A stretch of 64,000 nucleotides of DNA from Amoebophrya sp. A120 (lineage: Eukaryota; Protista; Dinoflagellata): the NCBI GenBank assembly GCA_905178155.1, contig CAJINV010000020.1, positions 806,001 to 870,000 on the forward strand. Direction: 5' to 3'. The position numbers were made by a program, and so were the translations under genes. Below, piece after piece: positions 12,001 through 25,758 of this stretch; the first letter of the stretch is position 1; the number at the start of each line of letters is the position of its first letter. The notes below the pieces were generated by a model that saw only the letters and a program-made list of their open reading frames with translations, did no database searches and was not told the origin of the DNA.

Positions 12001-15000
12001 GGCGAAGCGATCGGAACGTCCGCGAAGATTGCCTTCTGGGGCAACGGGTGGCTAGGCACCACGTACTTCTACCGCGACGCCCGGTGGGGCTTCATGCTGA
12101 TTGCCACGGAAGTCGCAAATTTGATCGCTTTCCGAGTGCGGAAGGACGCGGGTCTTGCGAGCAAGAAGGTGTGGTCGTCGGCCTCGTCTGCAGAGATAAG
12201 CAGGCATGATGCTGATGCAGGCCGTCGTGGGGAAGATGATGCTCCTGTTGGCGACAATGACAATGATCGTGCTATGCCAACTCGTCGCAGTCGCCGTACA
12301 AGTAGTGCAGGACCAGGAGGCGAGACTTGGACTTCTAGAACCAATCCTGCTGCTCCTGTTTTTAACACGTCGACACACGGATTTGCTGGAATCAACATGA
12401 GCGCAAGCGTGTCGGGAGTTACATCACCTCCGGCGGTGGTGTACTCAACATCGACGGCAACTGCGACGCCCGCAGCAACAAGCTCGTCGTCTTCCTCCTC
12501 TAGCGCTCGCTCTAGAAGAACACACCGGGAGATGGAGGAGCACCATCATGAACACAGCCAAGCTGCGCGCAATGAGAAACCCGACACGGGAGGTCGAGGA
12601 AAAAAACACGTTGAAGGAGACGAGCCGCTTACGTCTAGTCTCCACGCCGAGCCGGACTTCCGCACAGCGTGGCCAGTACCGTACTCGTGGTCAGAGTCCT
12701 TTTCCGTGCTCGTCGGAACCCTTGCCCTGGCCAAGCGAGTCCGCGCCTCCCTCTGCAGCGTTGTTCGACATCTGTATGGTGTTTCTATGCCGGAGCAGGA
12801 GGAGGACGGGGAGGAGTTTTCTTCTGCACGGGAACAAATGTCGCGAGGCAGTTCCGGCGCAGCCTCGTCGTCTTCCTCACCGGGTACGTTTCGTCGAGAT
12901 GATGCAGGTACGATGATAAAGCAGAAGATTTGATTTGTTTTTTTTCTAGAAACTTGTCTGCATTACTGTTACAACTCGGATAGAAGTTATTTCTGGCATG
13001 ATGTCCTCATCAGGGTAGTTTTGACGATGAACCCGCCTCCTACTTCAACGATTTTATTCCGTAGGTGCATCTTCATCTCCACCTCCCGCCCACCACAACC
13101 TCCTCTCCACCCTGGACCCCGAGGCCCAGACGCTGCTCCGCCGGCAGATCCAGACGGCCTGCGAGCAGGCGGAGGCCGACGACACCGCACTGCAGGCGGA
13201 CGAAATTCGGTCCGATCCAGACCTGGCGAAACTCCAGAAATGGCTGCCGCCAAACATCAACCTCGCAGCCCTGTTCGACTTCCGGGCGCCGCCGCCGGCC
13301 GAACTAGAAGAGGTGGAAAGCGAGGCGGGCAATGTTGAAGACCAATCTACTTCAGAACATGCAGGTGAACGTCGTCGAGACAGAACAGCTACAGCAACTA
13401 CAGAAGACGAAACCACGACCAGACCGAGCGCTATAAGGGGAAGGAGTACGTCGACGAGCGCAAGGACAAGTTCGGTCTCTACAACATCCAGAAGGACCAG
13501 AAGCAACAGTGATCCGCGCAGCACAAGTAGCGGGAGAACGACGGAGCGAAACAGAAGCTCGTCGGTTCTTTTCACAACGACAAGAACGGCACCTCCCGGT
13601 GCAGCTGGGCTCTCTAGTATTGCAACCACTGCCACCTCCCGGGGACGCAGCAGCACTACTTCCCCCCGGCGGCCATCTTCCCCTCCGCGAACTACGAACG
13701 GCGGCGCGCGACGCTTCTCACCAGAGGAGTGGCGGCGCTACGTGGCAAACGTGCACGAGCCGAACTGGAATCTAGCGCCGCTGCCGGTGGGCGTGGAGGA
13801 AGAGGAAGATCAAGATGTGGAGGACGTGACGAGCATGAATGTGGAAAACGATAGCGAACGACTCCATAGTACCGGTATGGTACTCGACGGGAACGACGGT
13901 CAACTGTGGATACGAACGCAAAGGAGACCTCTGGAGCAGCAGGGTCGAGGACCCAGCACCGCCGCATCTCCGGTGGTCCTCCGGGAGCCGCAGTTTCTGC
14001 GCAGGTTACGATTGGTGCCTAGGTTGCACTCTCCCCGGGCGGCACTATTGTTTCTGTCCCGCGCACTGCATCGCCTCCCGCTCGACGTACCGGTTTTGAA
14101 TTCGTGGACTTTTTCTAAACCTGCACAGGAGAAACATCATGATGTCAAGTCGGCTGCATCTTCCGCAACATCTTCCAGAAACAAGGGGATCAAGCAAATA
14201 ACATCGGCCGCCGCGGCGGATTACGTTGAACGGATTCAGAGCCCTAGCGGCACACGTCGTGGTTCCTCTACGTCACGCCCGCTGAATATCTGCTGGTCTC
14301 CTCCGCGACTTCCGAGCGAGACACGGGCGGTCCCCTTGAGGACTATGGCGGTTGCGCAGAAAAACACTAGGATATCGACTGCCGGGAGCAAACTGGACAA
14401 TTACGACCACTGTGACGGAAACGCCGCGATCCTCGTCGGGGAGAAGGGGAGTGCGAGTGGTGGTTCCGAAGACAGTTTTTTGCAAACTGCGGATTTCAAC
14501 TACAACAAACAGAAGAGCATTTTTCCCGGCGTCGCTTCCCTCAACCAGGGTCTGTGGAACGAGGAGAGGTTGCACGACACAGCAATGCCCACCTTTGCAC
14601 AATATGTCGACTCCCCACAGTTTCCTTCGGAATTGTTAATCCCGCAGGAGCTGGCGCACGACTTTGGGCTGCTCAACAATTGGTACAAGACCGGCCTGTC
14701 GGGGCGGGACCCCGCTTGGCCTAACGCTTGGCCGAGAACCGCAACGGTCGTGCTGGAACTTCAAAGCGGAAATAGGGAGTGGTACAACGTGTCTAATTTT
14801 GACGCAGCTGTAGGTGGAGCGACTAGCACTTCCGCCGCGGAACACGAAACCGCAACCGCAGCGGCAAACGCAGCAGCTGCACGAAATAACGGCGGGGGCA
14901 ACAATGTTGTTTTTGGTCCTCACCCCCGGCCTCAGCCCGCTCCGGCCCGACCGCCGACACGCCGCGGGTTCGGAGACATGGCTACGATGCTGTTGGGTCG

Positions 15001-15292
15001 AACCAGAATGGCAGGACCGGCGGTGCGAAACGTCAATGCGGCACAGGCAAATAACCCGAATGGAGATCCTGCTCGTTTTATTCCCAATCCCACTGGGTCT
15101 ACGACTTTGACTCCCGCGGAAGATGGTGACGCGTCGACGACGTCAACTTTCGCAAGCGTTCTATACTTTCATCGCCAGCTGCCCCCCATCACCGGGTCAG
15201 CTGCCTCCGACGGTAGTTTTGGAGTCACAGGATACGACCCACGAGGAGGTGCAGGGGAAGCAAGACCGCGAACCAGGGTGGTTCGACTGTAG
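9031..15292 (+). CDS. Large Ser/Thr-rich low-complexity protein of unknown function (~2034 aa), hydrophobic N-terminus
   Basis: ORF 9007-12933 joins the frame of ORF 13313-15292 through intron 12908-13064; start codon uncertain. Confidence 0.65.
12908..13064 (+). other. Canonical GT-AG intron
   Basis: GCAG|GTACGA...TTCCGTAG|GTGCA gives GAT GCA GGT GCA. Confidence 0.75.
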
Positions 15293-16742
15293 TGGTCGCA
15301 TACGCAAATGAAAATGAGCAGAGGAGCTCCAATCCCAATCCGTTTTTGGCCGCCGCGTACGCGGCGCACGAAGATGAAATCATCATGCCGGCGTGTGATA
15401 ACAAGTAGTCCACCTCCTCTCGGTCTCGACTATCTCGCGCTCCTCCCCACGGACTCGAGGACGTCGAATTCGACGAGCGCGCACTGGGAGTTCGCCCTGG
15501 CCCTACAGTGCTCCTGCATGTGCACGTCGCGCGTGATCATTTTCCAACGATGTGGAGGGGATTCTGAAAGCCACTGAAAAGTCGCGTGTCTCCTGAACTG
15601 TGCAGGCAGCTGCGCTCTGCGCTTTTGACGTTTTGGTCAGCGGTGGTCGCTTGAACTGTTTTTGTCAAAATGCTTTCACGAGAACTCAAATGTCATGAAA
15701 AACGCCAAAATGAACAATAGTTATGAACAAGATCATTAGAAAATAGCAGCATCAGTTTCAGTACTTCTGCACCCGTTGCAGTGGCAACGATGGTGCTGCG
15801 GGATTCAAGATAGATATGATGTCCAAAAGCAAAACTTTATCTGGTAGAAGCAACCGCTGAAAAAGAAATACAACATGCACCTTAAAGCATCTACTCCAAC
15901 ATCAATTCGGGGTATCTAGAAGACTCGTCGTGCCCCCACCTCCTGCGCAACGAGAATATAAAGCGAGTAAGGATCCCATGAGGTGAGATATTCAGATTCA
16001 GGCCGTTGATTCGAACGCACCAGGCGCCATCGCCTTTGCGTCATCAAAGATTTGTCACGCGTAGCCGTAGTTGGTTTCAGGAACGTGAAGAATGAATATC
16101 TACGATCCTGACGGAAGTGGAAGCCGGTCTGCCTCTGCGTACCAGGCGAAACCGTGCTACGCCACGGAACTTTGTTTCTTTCTGGAAGGAGATGTTGTCA
16201 GTAATATCTCATCTACATCTTCTACACGATGTTCGTCCCGCTCCCAATCGTAGTGTGGTCGTTCTGGTTATGGTTTTTGCGTTGTCACCACCATCTCTTT
16301 GCTGTCTGTATTGAAGAGCGATCTCGCATCAACAAAGAAACCTAGAGAAACAAAATGGAAAATATGGTTACAGTGCCGAGAGGAAGTAGTCTTCAGACTA
16401 CATTACTGAAACTCGAAGCCCCGACAAGGTACAACAAGAAATGGCGGTGTTTTGTCCGAGTTCTGAAAAAACAAAAAACTCCTAAAAGAGACTTCATGGA
16501 CTGCGGCCAGCGCCAGAAGGAAATTCAAATTTCTAATCACGACCTAACGCGTGGTAAATCCGTTCAGTTTTGATTTTGAAGTGCACAGGAGCAGTCTTTC
16601 CGTGCTTGTGCGTATACATTAGCATTACTTGTTGTTAAACAAGATGTCGGAAATAGTGACCAGCGCCAAGAAGATGCCGATCAATACCGCCGAAGCAGAC
16701 CACGTTGGACATCAAACCGCGAAGTAGACCACCACCTGCACG

Positions 16743-19700
16743 ATGCGCAATCAACCGGCATCAAAACCGGGACAACTACAGAACACGATGCAACCACGTC
16801 CACCGCAGCTCCCGGACAAGGTGGACCGCACCCCGGGGCCGCAGATGAGGGTGAGCGACGTTCTGCGGTTCTGTTTCCCGCAGGACGACGTGCGCGCGCG
16901 GAACGAGAAAAACGAATTCCAGAAGCGGCACGCGAAGGAAAACAAAAAGCCCGGCCACTTCTACGAGTTCAACCTGGCGGACGACTCCCCGTTCGGTCGG
17001 TTGGACTGTCTCGCCCTCTTCGGCCCCCTGTCGCCGGACGGCTACCTGTGCCAGAGTCTGTGTCTCCCCGGCTCGGGGCTGCAGTCGGTGCGGAAAACCC
17101 GGGCGTGTGAGGAGCGGAAAAGAGCGAAGGCAGTTGCGGAAAGAAGGAGGATCGAGGACATCCGGAAAGAACTCCGGCGGGCGTTGGGAATCACGAGCGA
17201 AGATGCAAGTGGATTGATGGCGTTAGGGAAGATCACAGCACTTGGAGGTGCAGGTGCAGCCGAAGACGCAGGTGGTTTTCACGACGCCTCGTCTGGAGGT
17301 GCACAAGAAGCACACCTCGACCTCGACCCAACCACGCCCGCAGATGATCGACCATCCGCTCGTCCTGATCTTCCAGGTGGGACCTCCGCGCAAGTTCAAG
17401 TGAGCTTCGCCGAGCCCGCCCCAACCGAGCAGGCAAGTATGACGCCGGCGGATGACGCTTTTGCCGCAACTATCAAAAGGAAAAATCCCCCCTCCCCATA
17501 TCGAAAATGTATGTTTCTAAAGATTTCTGATGCTGATTTCTGACCACAAATCCTGTCTCTCTTGCAAGAGGGCAAACTCAGAGACCCCGCCACGATATTC
17601 AGGCGGTTTGTAATGCTGCAAAGCCTATAGGGCAGATGCCTGCCATGCTAGGCGCCTACACCAAGAGGCCCTCCCTTAGGCTTACGATCTGCGTGCAGTC
17701 CTTTACTGCAAGACAAATGCGATTTGTGTACTCAAATACAGCAACGCAAATTTGGTTTTCGATATGGAGCGGGGGGATTTTTCCTTACGATAGCGACCGA
17801 CCTACTTTTCCCAGCGAAGAGAAGATTCCGGCCACCCCGAACCGGACTGGCCAAAGACATTGAGATTGCGCGACCGGAAAGGAAGGAGCAAGAAGCGACA
17901 GGAACTAAAGCAGGCAAAGCCAAAGGCTCGTCTTCGGCCCCGGGGGGTCAAAAATCAGCTGCGACCACCGGCGCTGCATCTCCATCTGTTGACATTTTCG
18001 GGTTTGACGAAAAAGCAAAAACAAGCGCCGGCTCCAGCAACTTTTCAAAGACGAGGCTCCGACGTCCCGCGGAGCACTGGGAAGCACGGTTATCAAATGT
18101 AAAAATGTCTGGGTCTGGATGAAGAGTCGCGGCTTGTCATGCAGGTTTTCCATGACGCATGAGGTCTGGAATTGTGTACCTAGCACGACAAACTCTTCGA
18201 GGTCTCTATGATGCCTATCCTGCATGAGAAACTCCCTCCCAACTTGGTCGAAAGTTGACAGGTTTTGGCACTCATGCAACACAGATCTTTGCATGATTCT
18301 GATTTAGGTTTAGCATTACAAGTTCCACTCTTCCAGACCCAGACATATTTGCAATCCATATCGGTTGCTGGAGATCAAAAACGCCGACGAAATGATCGGG
18401 TCCAGCGAAGACCCCTACGTCAAGGGCGTGCGGCAGGAGCTTTTGAATGCCATCGAGATGGAGCTGATGGATGAACAAGGAGGCCACGACGACGGAGGAG
18501 GTGCTCCAGCTACACGAGCTGGTCGTGGCCATGAAGATGACGACTCTTCTAGCTCGGACGAAGAGGTTGATCGCGTTGTTGTCAACATGGCTTCCTCACC
18601 AAGGAAGGGAGCGGTAGAAAGTCCTGCTCCGGGCGATAGCAATAGCGTTGACAAAGACCATGACAATCACGGCTCTCTTGAAGACGGCAGCACATCGTCC
18701 CCTTCCCCCACCAAGAAAGCGGTCCACCACCAGAGTAAAGCCAACGCTCGGGCCGAGAAAGCGCGGCGACTGTTGCTACAGGAGCTGAACCTGCGCAGGG
18801 AGGAGGACATTCGTCCGGGGCGACGGCTGAAGTACGACGTGGGCATCGTGAAAAACAACAAGGCCCTCGCGGACGCAGAGGCCAGTGTATGGGAGGGTGC
18901 GCTGAACCGGGTGCGGAATCGGGACGAAATCGAGCAGAAGTGTATCACACCAAAAAGTGTTGACGTTAACGGAATTTGGCATGCAGGAATACACGAGAAA
19001 CTATGCCCAAATTTGTATTGCATAGCATGCATGATAGTGAAAATTTGTCATGCATGACGGCAATGCCCCAAAAGCAAAACCGTTAAAACACTTTTATTCT
19101 TTGCTTGATAAAGTGGATTCAGAGCATCGTAGACGAGCTCGAGGAGCTGAGCCCGGCGGGAGCCGGGCTTGGAGGTTCTGCACAGATAGACGCCAGCATC
19201 AGCAACGGCAAGAAAACTGAAGCAGGAACCACTGTGCCGGGGGATGCAAATACGGAGGAAATGGATGTTCAGAAACGCCGGGCAGTTGCAATTCAGCAGA
19301 GGAGGCTGACGAATCAAGAAGTAAGTGCCGCTGATCCGCTGATATAGTACAAAAAGCGAATGCGAAAGATGAAAGCTTTTGTTGCTTGATAGTGCTACTT
19401 ATGCTTTGTACTATCTCCCGCGATGATGAAAAAGAAAATGTATGAAAAGCGAAAAGCAAAAAATAAACCCATCAGATCTACACGATGTACCGGGAGGTGC
19501 ACTTGCACAAGTGGCGCAAAGTGTTTCCGCAGTACACCGGGTGTTTCGACGACCTTTTGTCCCTTACTCTTGGCCTCGTCGACACCGTCAAACTCGGCGC
19601 GGAGAAGCTCCAGCAGCGCCCCTCCGCAGTGCCGAAACCCTACCTCGCCAACCTGGGCCAGGCGCCGGACGCGCTCACCGCCGGCAAAAACACGGCGCAC

Positions 19701-20888
19701 TGCGTCCCGCCGTATGGACGGGACTCGTGGCGCGCCTCGTGGCGGAACGAGGGCGTGTACGGGGCCATGTTGGAGCACGAGCGGAACCAGTGGTCCCAGG
19801 TCCCGGACGTGAAGGAGCGGAGTGCGAAGCGAAAGGACCACTTCGAGCAGAGACTGAAAAAAAAACTCTCCGCCGTAGACGGCATCAAACCGAGTGGCGA
19901 GAAGTACAAAAACGCCGAGAAAATCCGGAACATGCGAAAGGAAATCCAGCAGGAAGTTTTTTCCCCCGGACTAGCGACGCTACCCCGAGACGCTTTCTTG
20001 CAGCGGGGCGGGGGGGAGTTGAGTGTGGATCTGACGGCTTCTTCGCCGTTGAATCGTGCTGGTGACGGAACAAAGAGTACATACGTGATGGTGCCGAAGG
20101 GAGTTGTTGCTGGAGGAGGTAAAAACGTCGACAGCTCCGACCACCTGGTCCAGCCCATCCGGCGACTAGATCTTCCGAAACACTCGCCACGGGGGATCAT
20201 AAACAATGGCAAAAATGTACCTGCTGTTGCGTCGAACAAGAACAACAGCAAAACTCACCGCAAAACCAACACGAGTTCGACTTCAAACCGTGTTTCGAAT
20301 TGCGTTTACACGGTTGAAGACGTTTTGTATTTCCTGCAGAATTGCATCGTCAGCGACTGGCAAACCGGTGCGTCCCCGCGAAACCACTACAATGTGGATA
20401 AAGTAAAGGCGATCAATGTTGATGTTCCTGACCTGTCGGTGTCCTCGTCCTCTCCACCCGGTCCTACCACGACTACCCAGTTGCTGACGACCGACCAAGT
20501 GATTGATTTCAAGCGATTCCAGGCGAAGGTGGTGGAGAATTTGAAAAATCGGTTCGAAAAGGCGAAGTTCCTCGTGCAGAAAGTTCGGGACCCGTCGCTG
20601 CTCGCCCAGGACTTCACCGAAGCGAGAAAAAACGCGGAGTTTGTCAAGGAAAAAACCATGCCACCTATTCCAGTCACGCCGTCCATCGCACAACAAGTGG
20701 AAGCCTATGTGCGGGAGAACGGGGCCTTCATGGTACACCCGCTGCCGGGCAAGATGAAGCCGTCGCCGCGGGGACGGAGCAAGTCGCCGCAGCCGCGGTC
20801 ACCCCGGCACAAGCGGGAGCCGGCGTTGAAACTGCCGCACTTGAGCGGGAATGGCGGCACTGGAACCCACAATTGGTGGGCATTGTGA
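16743..20888 (+). CDS. Hypothetical protein (~1070 aa), 5 exons
   Basis: Exons 16743-17470, 17798-18090, 18366-18942, 19116-19320, 19476-20888 sum to 3216 nt in frame. Confidence 0.7.
17471..17792. mobile_element. Introner, family C (TATCAAAAGGAAAAATCCCCCCTCCCCATATCG)
   Basis: TIR ~37 nt; DR GCAAC/GCGAC; restores AAT-DLLF. Confidence 0.88.
18091..18360. mobile_element. Introner, family A (TATCAAATGTAAAAATGTCTGGGTCTGGA)
   Basis: Right end TCCAGACCCAGACATATTTGCAATCCATA; DR ACGGT/TCGGT; restores EAR-LLEI. Confidence 0.88.
18943..19110. mobile_element. Introner, family G
   Basis: TATCAC...TTGATA; DR AAGTG; restores EQK-W-IQ. Confidence 0.85.
19321..19475 (+). other. Canonical GT-AG intron
   Basis: GAA|GTAAGT...AAATAAACCCATCAG|ATC, phase 0. 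Confidence 0.85.
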
Positions 20889-22371
20889 ATTCTTTCTGTT
20901 CTTGAATGAATTCTTACTCTTTATGGTAAGTTGTATGATTTTTCAGCCTGCTGTCATTTGACTTGCTTTTGTTTCTTGAAATTGACTGTACTTTACTTAA
21001 GTTGATATTGTGAGATCATGCCCGCGAAGGTCAACGTTGGTTGACGCGGGAACAAGTTTCGTGTACTTGTAGGATGTATTGGCCGAGAAGCCACAGAAAC
21101 AGCCCCAGGAAAACAATTCTAACACTGTGAATGGAGCGGGTTACTGTGGATGGAGCACAGTGGAGGTGGTTATTAGGCTTCAAACAAAAAATGACATTTT
21201 TTGGACACGCTATAATCAGTTGTAGTTGGTGGTAATATTGCGTTTAGCTTTCTGTTCGAATCTGAGTCGGGCACGGATTCGCTCCTGCTCCAGGCTATCG
21301 ATAATTGTGGTTTTTCTTCTTGTTCGTCGTTGTGACATGTGCGTCACGGAGAACACGCAAAAACACAGGAAGTTTTCGACGAATGGGTATGGTTCAGCAA
21401 CCACAGTATACGTATGAGTTGGTCGAAAAGGATCGCTAACTTCTCAGTTATTTTTGTTGTACGCGACCATGAGCTTGCTCTGGTCCAGGTCGAATGGTGG
21501 ATCCCCCGCTAGAGAAGAACTGGATCCGGTTCATCTAGATCTCAAGGCGGGCTGCAGAAGTATTCTCGGCGTTTCAGAGTTCCTGGGGAAGCAAAAGGGT
21601 TCCCAACGGCAACGGGAGTTTTAGTGGAAAGATCTCAACGATTGCGATCCTACTTTCAAGAATTGCAGATTGTTATCTCCCGGCAGGAGGAGGAACCAGT
21701 TGGATCTTCTAGCACAACATGTGTGGAGATCAACATCCCGATCCTGCTGAGTAAGTCATCATTCGTTCTTCTCGCGCAGAGAAGCGCTTTCGTCCTGGTT
21801 TGCTGCCGGGAATTTGTTATTGTTTCTGTGTTTGGGTATAATTCGTATAGCTTATGAAAAACGAACAAATTAGTACAAGTTCTTGACGCACGTGTTTGTC
21901 TCACTGCTAGAAAAGGAAAACAGAGACAAAATCTAGGGAAACACAACAAGACACAGCAACTAACGGCTGTACTATGTAGAGCTGCGAGATTTTCATGTAA
22001 TTTTGTGTCTTTGGCAGAGCAGACCAAGTGTAGCTTCCACAAAAATACTGGAAATAACAAAAACATATCTGTGCCAGAATCGTTTGATTTCCTCCGGCCA
22101 ATTACGTATATCACTTTTTTCAAGCGACTTATCCAGCGAGCGACAACAATGCTAGCACTCAAAGCAGTGCGAGTGCTGTGAACTCCGAAGCGATAACTTT
22201 CAACCGCGACCATGCCGGCCTTCTGATTTCGACTACCTACGAGGGGGTTTATTTTTTGGTTGGAAGAGCCGTAGGCAACTACCCGAAGAGGACAAGAGAG
22301 GGGGCAGGGCACGAAAAAACCGATTGGGAACATTAACCACGGACGCGGCGCCCGGGTTGTAATAGACGACA

Positions 22372-24742
22372 ATGTCGCCGTCGTCCCACTGGAGTAGAAA
22401 TGGGCGCGATCGCTCCCCATCCCCGCACCGACGCCGTGACAGCCGGGATCGCGGTGGACACCGCCGTGCTCATGAGAAGGGCAAAGGCAAACCGCGATCG
22501 CCTAGAGGCCACCACTGGTATAATACCGACCGCCCAGCCGCCTCGCGCTACAACGAGCCGCCTCGCGGAAAGGGCCCCTACGACTTCTACAATCAAGATC
22601 GCACACCATGGTGGGAGGAGCGAAAGGGCAAAACAGGCGCGGAGGACGCGGGAGGTCGTGGTGGAGGATTTGCACACACCTACCACAGCAAGGCACTCTG
22701 TTTCTATATTTCGTTTCGGGTTCATCTCCTTCTCTTCTGAGACGTTCCCGAGTTCGCTCTCGGGCGGGGAGGTTTTCACATGCATCTGAACAAAATTGCG
22801 GGCTTGCATTCATTTCTGCTCTTGCTTTTCGCTTTCGGATAAGAAAGTAACCATGTGAACAAAGAAGACACCGCATCCGCATCATCTATTTTTCAAGAGT
22901 AATCGATCTTCTATACCCTACAACAGGATCATGTTGCGAAAGGAGAGGCTGTGACAGGAAAGGGAAAAGGAAAGGCGACCATGAATGCGTTCTTTGCGCA
23001 GCAGCACCACTACGCCTACCCCAGCAACCAGCCTGCCCCCAATACTGGTCACTACGGAACGAAATCGGGAAAGAACGTTGACAAGGGGAAGAGCGGCTGG
23101 CATGCGGTCACCAAGGGGAAAAGCGTCGATCCACCTCCGCCACCGGCGAATAATACACTGACTGTATTTTTTACAACTATCATCTATCTTGCCTATTCAT
23201 ACAGAAAGTTCATTGCTTGCAGTTGCCTCGCTCATTAGTACTAGCAACAAACATGGCCGCTTCATCGTCGCGTGGCTTCATGACGCCGCTCTTGATCTGT
23301 TGGAAGCTTCGCGTACTAGACCGTTCTTTTTTATATACGTACTCCAAGGTTTTTCGTGGAAAGCCCGGCTCAAATCAGCACCACGATCCGGGGGCGATTC
23401 CAATTCGGATGGGAAAGAGCACCACTTCCGTTGTACTGAGTGTTTTCCTGCTGCGATGTACTTCTACTTCAGTGCAACATGTTTTGCGTTTTTTCCGCCG
23501 AAGAACAAAAAGTATATGCTTGCCGGTACTACTAGATGTAGATGCTGACGTAGACCACGACTTTATGCCTGTACACGACAGAGCACATGGTTCTTCCAGG
23601 AGATGAATTATTCTACCTCGAAAACTAAACCAGGACATCGACATGCTGGCTTTAGCCCAGGCGCAGAGCCGTATGCAAGAGCAACAGCAAGTACAGGTAG
23701 CAGGAGCCGCACCGCAAGCTGGCAACGGCAACTCCCAGCGACAGGATCAGGAAACCGAATCGCGCAGCGAGCTGAGACAGCGCGTCGCGGCGAGAGAAAG
23801 ACAGCTGAAAGCTGAGGCCCTAGACAGAAAAGAACGGGAGGAGCTTGAGGCCGTACAGGCAAAAGAACGGGAAGCACAGGAATTGCACCGATTGGAAAGA
23901 GAGCGGATTGACAAGGAGGAAGAGAGGGCTAGGAAGGACATCGCAGAGGAAAAAAAGAAGTGCCGGATCGATGCTTTGATTCGTGGGAACAAAAAGGACG
24001 ACTTGGTGGAACTCTGTCGGAAGTTGGAGATCAAAACCGCGAAGAGCAAAAGCACGATGAACAAGCCCGAACTTGCGAAATTAATTGCGGAAGCGGAGGT
24101 GGTGCGGGAAGCGGAAGCCGAAGCAGAAGCTGCAGAGAAAGAGGAACAAATCCAAAGTGGGCCGGAAGGTAATAACCCAGTAACGAACAGGCACAGAGCC
24201 GGACAAATGTCGGGCAACAACAGACTGAGGCGCCTCTACTATCGCAGCCCAATCTTGATTTTTTTCTTTTACTTTCAGCTAACGTCTCGGTATCGTTTGT
24301 CTGATCAGATCAGGGCGGCGAGGGATCTCACAGCTCGCGCAGGAAGCTCTCTGTCCATCCAGTTCCGAATGGTGACTGACACATATGCCATAAGGATAAA
24401 AAACTTCTGTCAGGTACCTCCGCCGGGGCCGGCCCGAGTTCCGCCAGTGCGAAAGATGAGACGGGCTCTACCTGCCCCTGGTTTCTGCAGAAAATGGGAG
24501 AGCCGGACAAGAAATGGGGGCAGGAGTACGTCTGCAGGCTCTGCGAGCATTTTGGCAAGCCTCATCGCGAACTTTTTGGCCTGACCGATGTAAAGTGGCA
24601 CCTCTCTCGTCAGAAGCATGGCAAGGCGAAGAACTGGCATGACGAATTACATGCCAGCGAGATCGAGAAACTGAAAAGCGAGCGGAGTGGTCCGCCGGCT
24701 TGGGGGGGGCGCGTGGACTTAGAATACCGGGGCGAGGCATAG
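22372..24742 (+). CDS. Putative nucleic-acid-binding protein: Arg/Ser/Gly-rich N-terminus, coiled coil, Rho-N/SAP-like helical motif, C-terminal C2H2-like zinc finger
   Basis: KKDDLVELCRKLEIK...MNKPELAKLI; CRLC...HLSRQKH. GT-AG intron 24169-24413 and probable GC-AG intron 22693-22926 keep frame; exons in 23146-23634 unresolved. Confidence 0.5.
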
Positions 24743-25758
24743 AAGTGTGGGGCGCTTCGAAAGCTTTGTTTGCAGCCGTTTGCCGATACGCAGGCACGAG
24801 AGGACTGCAACCGCTTCATCGGTCACGTCTTGGGCGTTCCGAAACGAGAACCAATCTCCTATTCTTTTTTATATCGACGACGCACTAAATTATACACGTA
24901 AATTTTGTAGGCGATAGCGACAGGTCTTCGAAAAGCGACACAAAAGGGGCGACAGTGACACCTTCAGTTTGTCGAGGACATTCACCTACTGCTACTTTCC
25001 ACGGACGAAGGAGGGACCCATTTATATCTTCAACTTGTCCATCTTTTTCCTCCCCTGGCTCGAAGATAATCATCATACAGCAGGCTAGACATGATTCTGG
25101 ATCTGGATGAAATTATGACATAAGCGCCTTTCGTGTCGTCCTCGTCCTCATTGATGTTGTTGTATTTGTAGCGCGAACTGATCAAAAAACCAACATATAT
25201 ATAAAAGGAAAAATAAAAAAACAACAAGAAAAGGAAGAGCTCGAGCTTTGTTGTGTTTCCATAAATGAATTGCCCTCGTCGTTGTCGAGTTTCTGTTTCT
25301 GTCATAAGGGGAAGTCTGGAGAGACGAAAGAGTTGTGTGTCGAGAGGAAAATGAATGCTGACATTCATTGTTGCTATCTCCAAATAATTCTCAATGAAAC
25401 GCTGTGGGTGATGGGTTTCGCTTTCGTTTTCTTACGTGTCCTCTTTTGTAGTAAAGTGAGAAGACGCAGACCGTTAAACCAAGTGGTGCGTCGAAAGTAA
25501 AAGGGTCGTACGTAGAGACGAACACGAAACCATGTCGCATTCCATCCAGGTGGAACACGAGCATGAAGCCATTTGTTTCTTAGATCGCAAAAGTGAGAAC
25601 CTACCACATCTGCAGTAGTTCACTTCATTCATCTTGACCTTGTTCAATTTCTCTCACCTTCATAACCTTCACCTCCGTTCCCATTTTTTCCTCTGTTAGA
25701 ATACGAGAGAAGCTCTCTGCTCCCGATTCACAGTTTATTTGTGAGAAAAAGGTATATC

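Noticed and set aside
16644-16742. Upstream ATG in frame with ORF 16743, separated by one TAG (possible readthrough or recoding)
   Set aside because: TAG ends other genes here (15292, 30304, 36146); a single case fits a uORF or chance.
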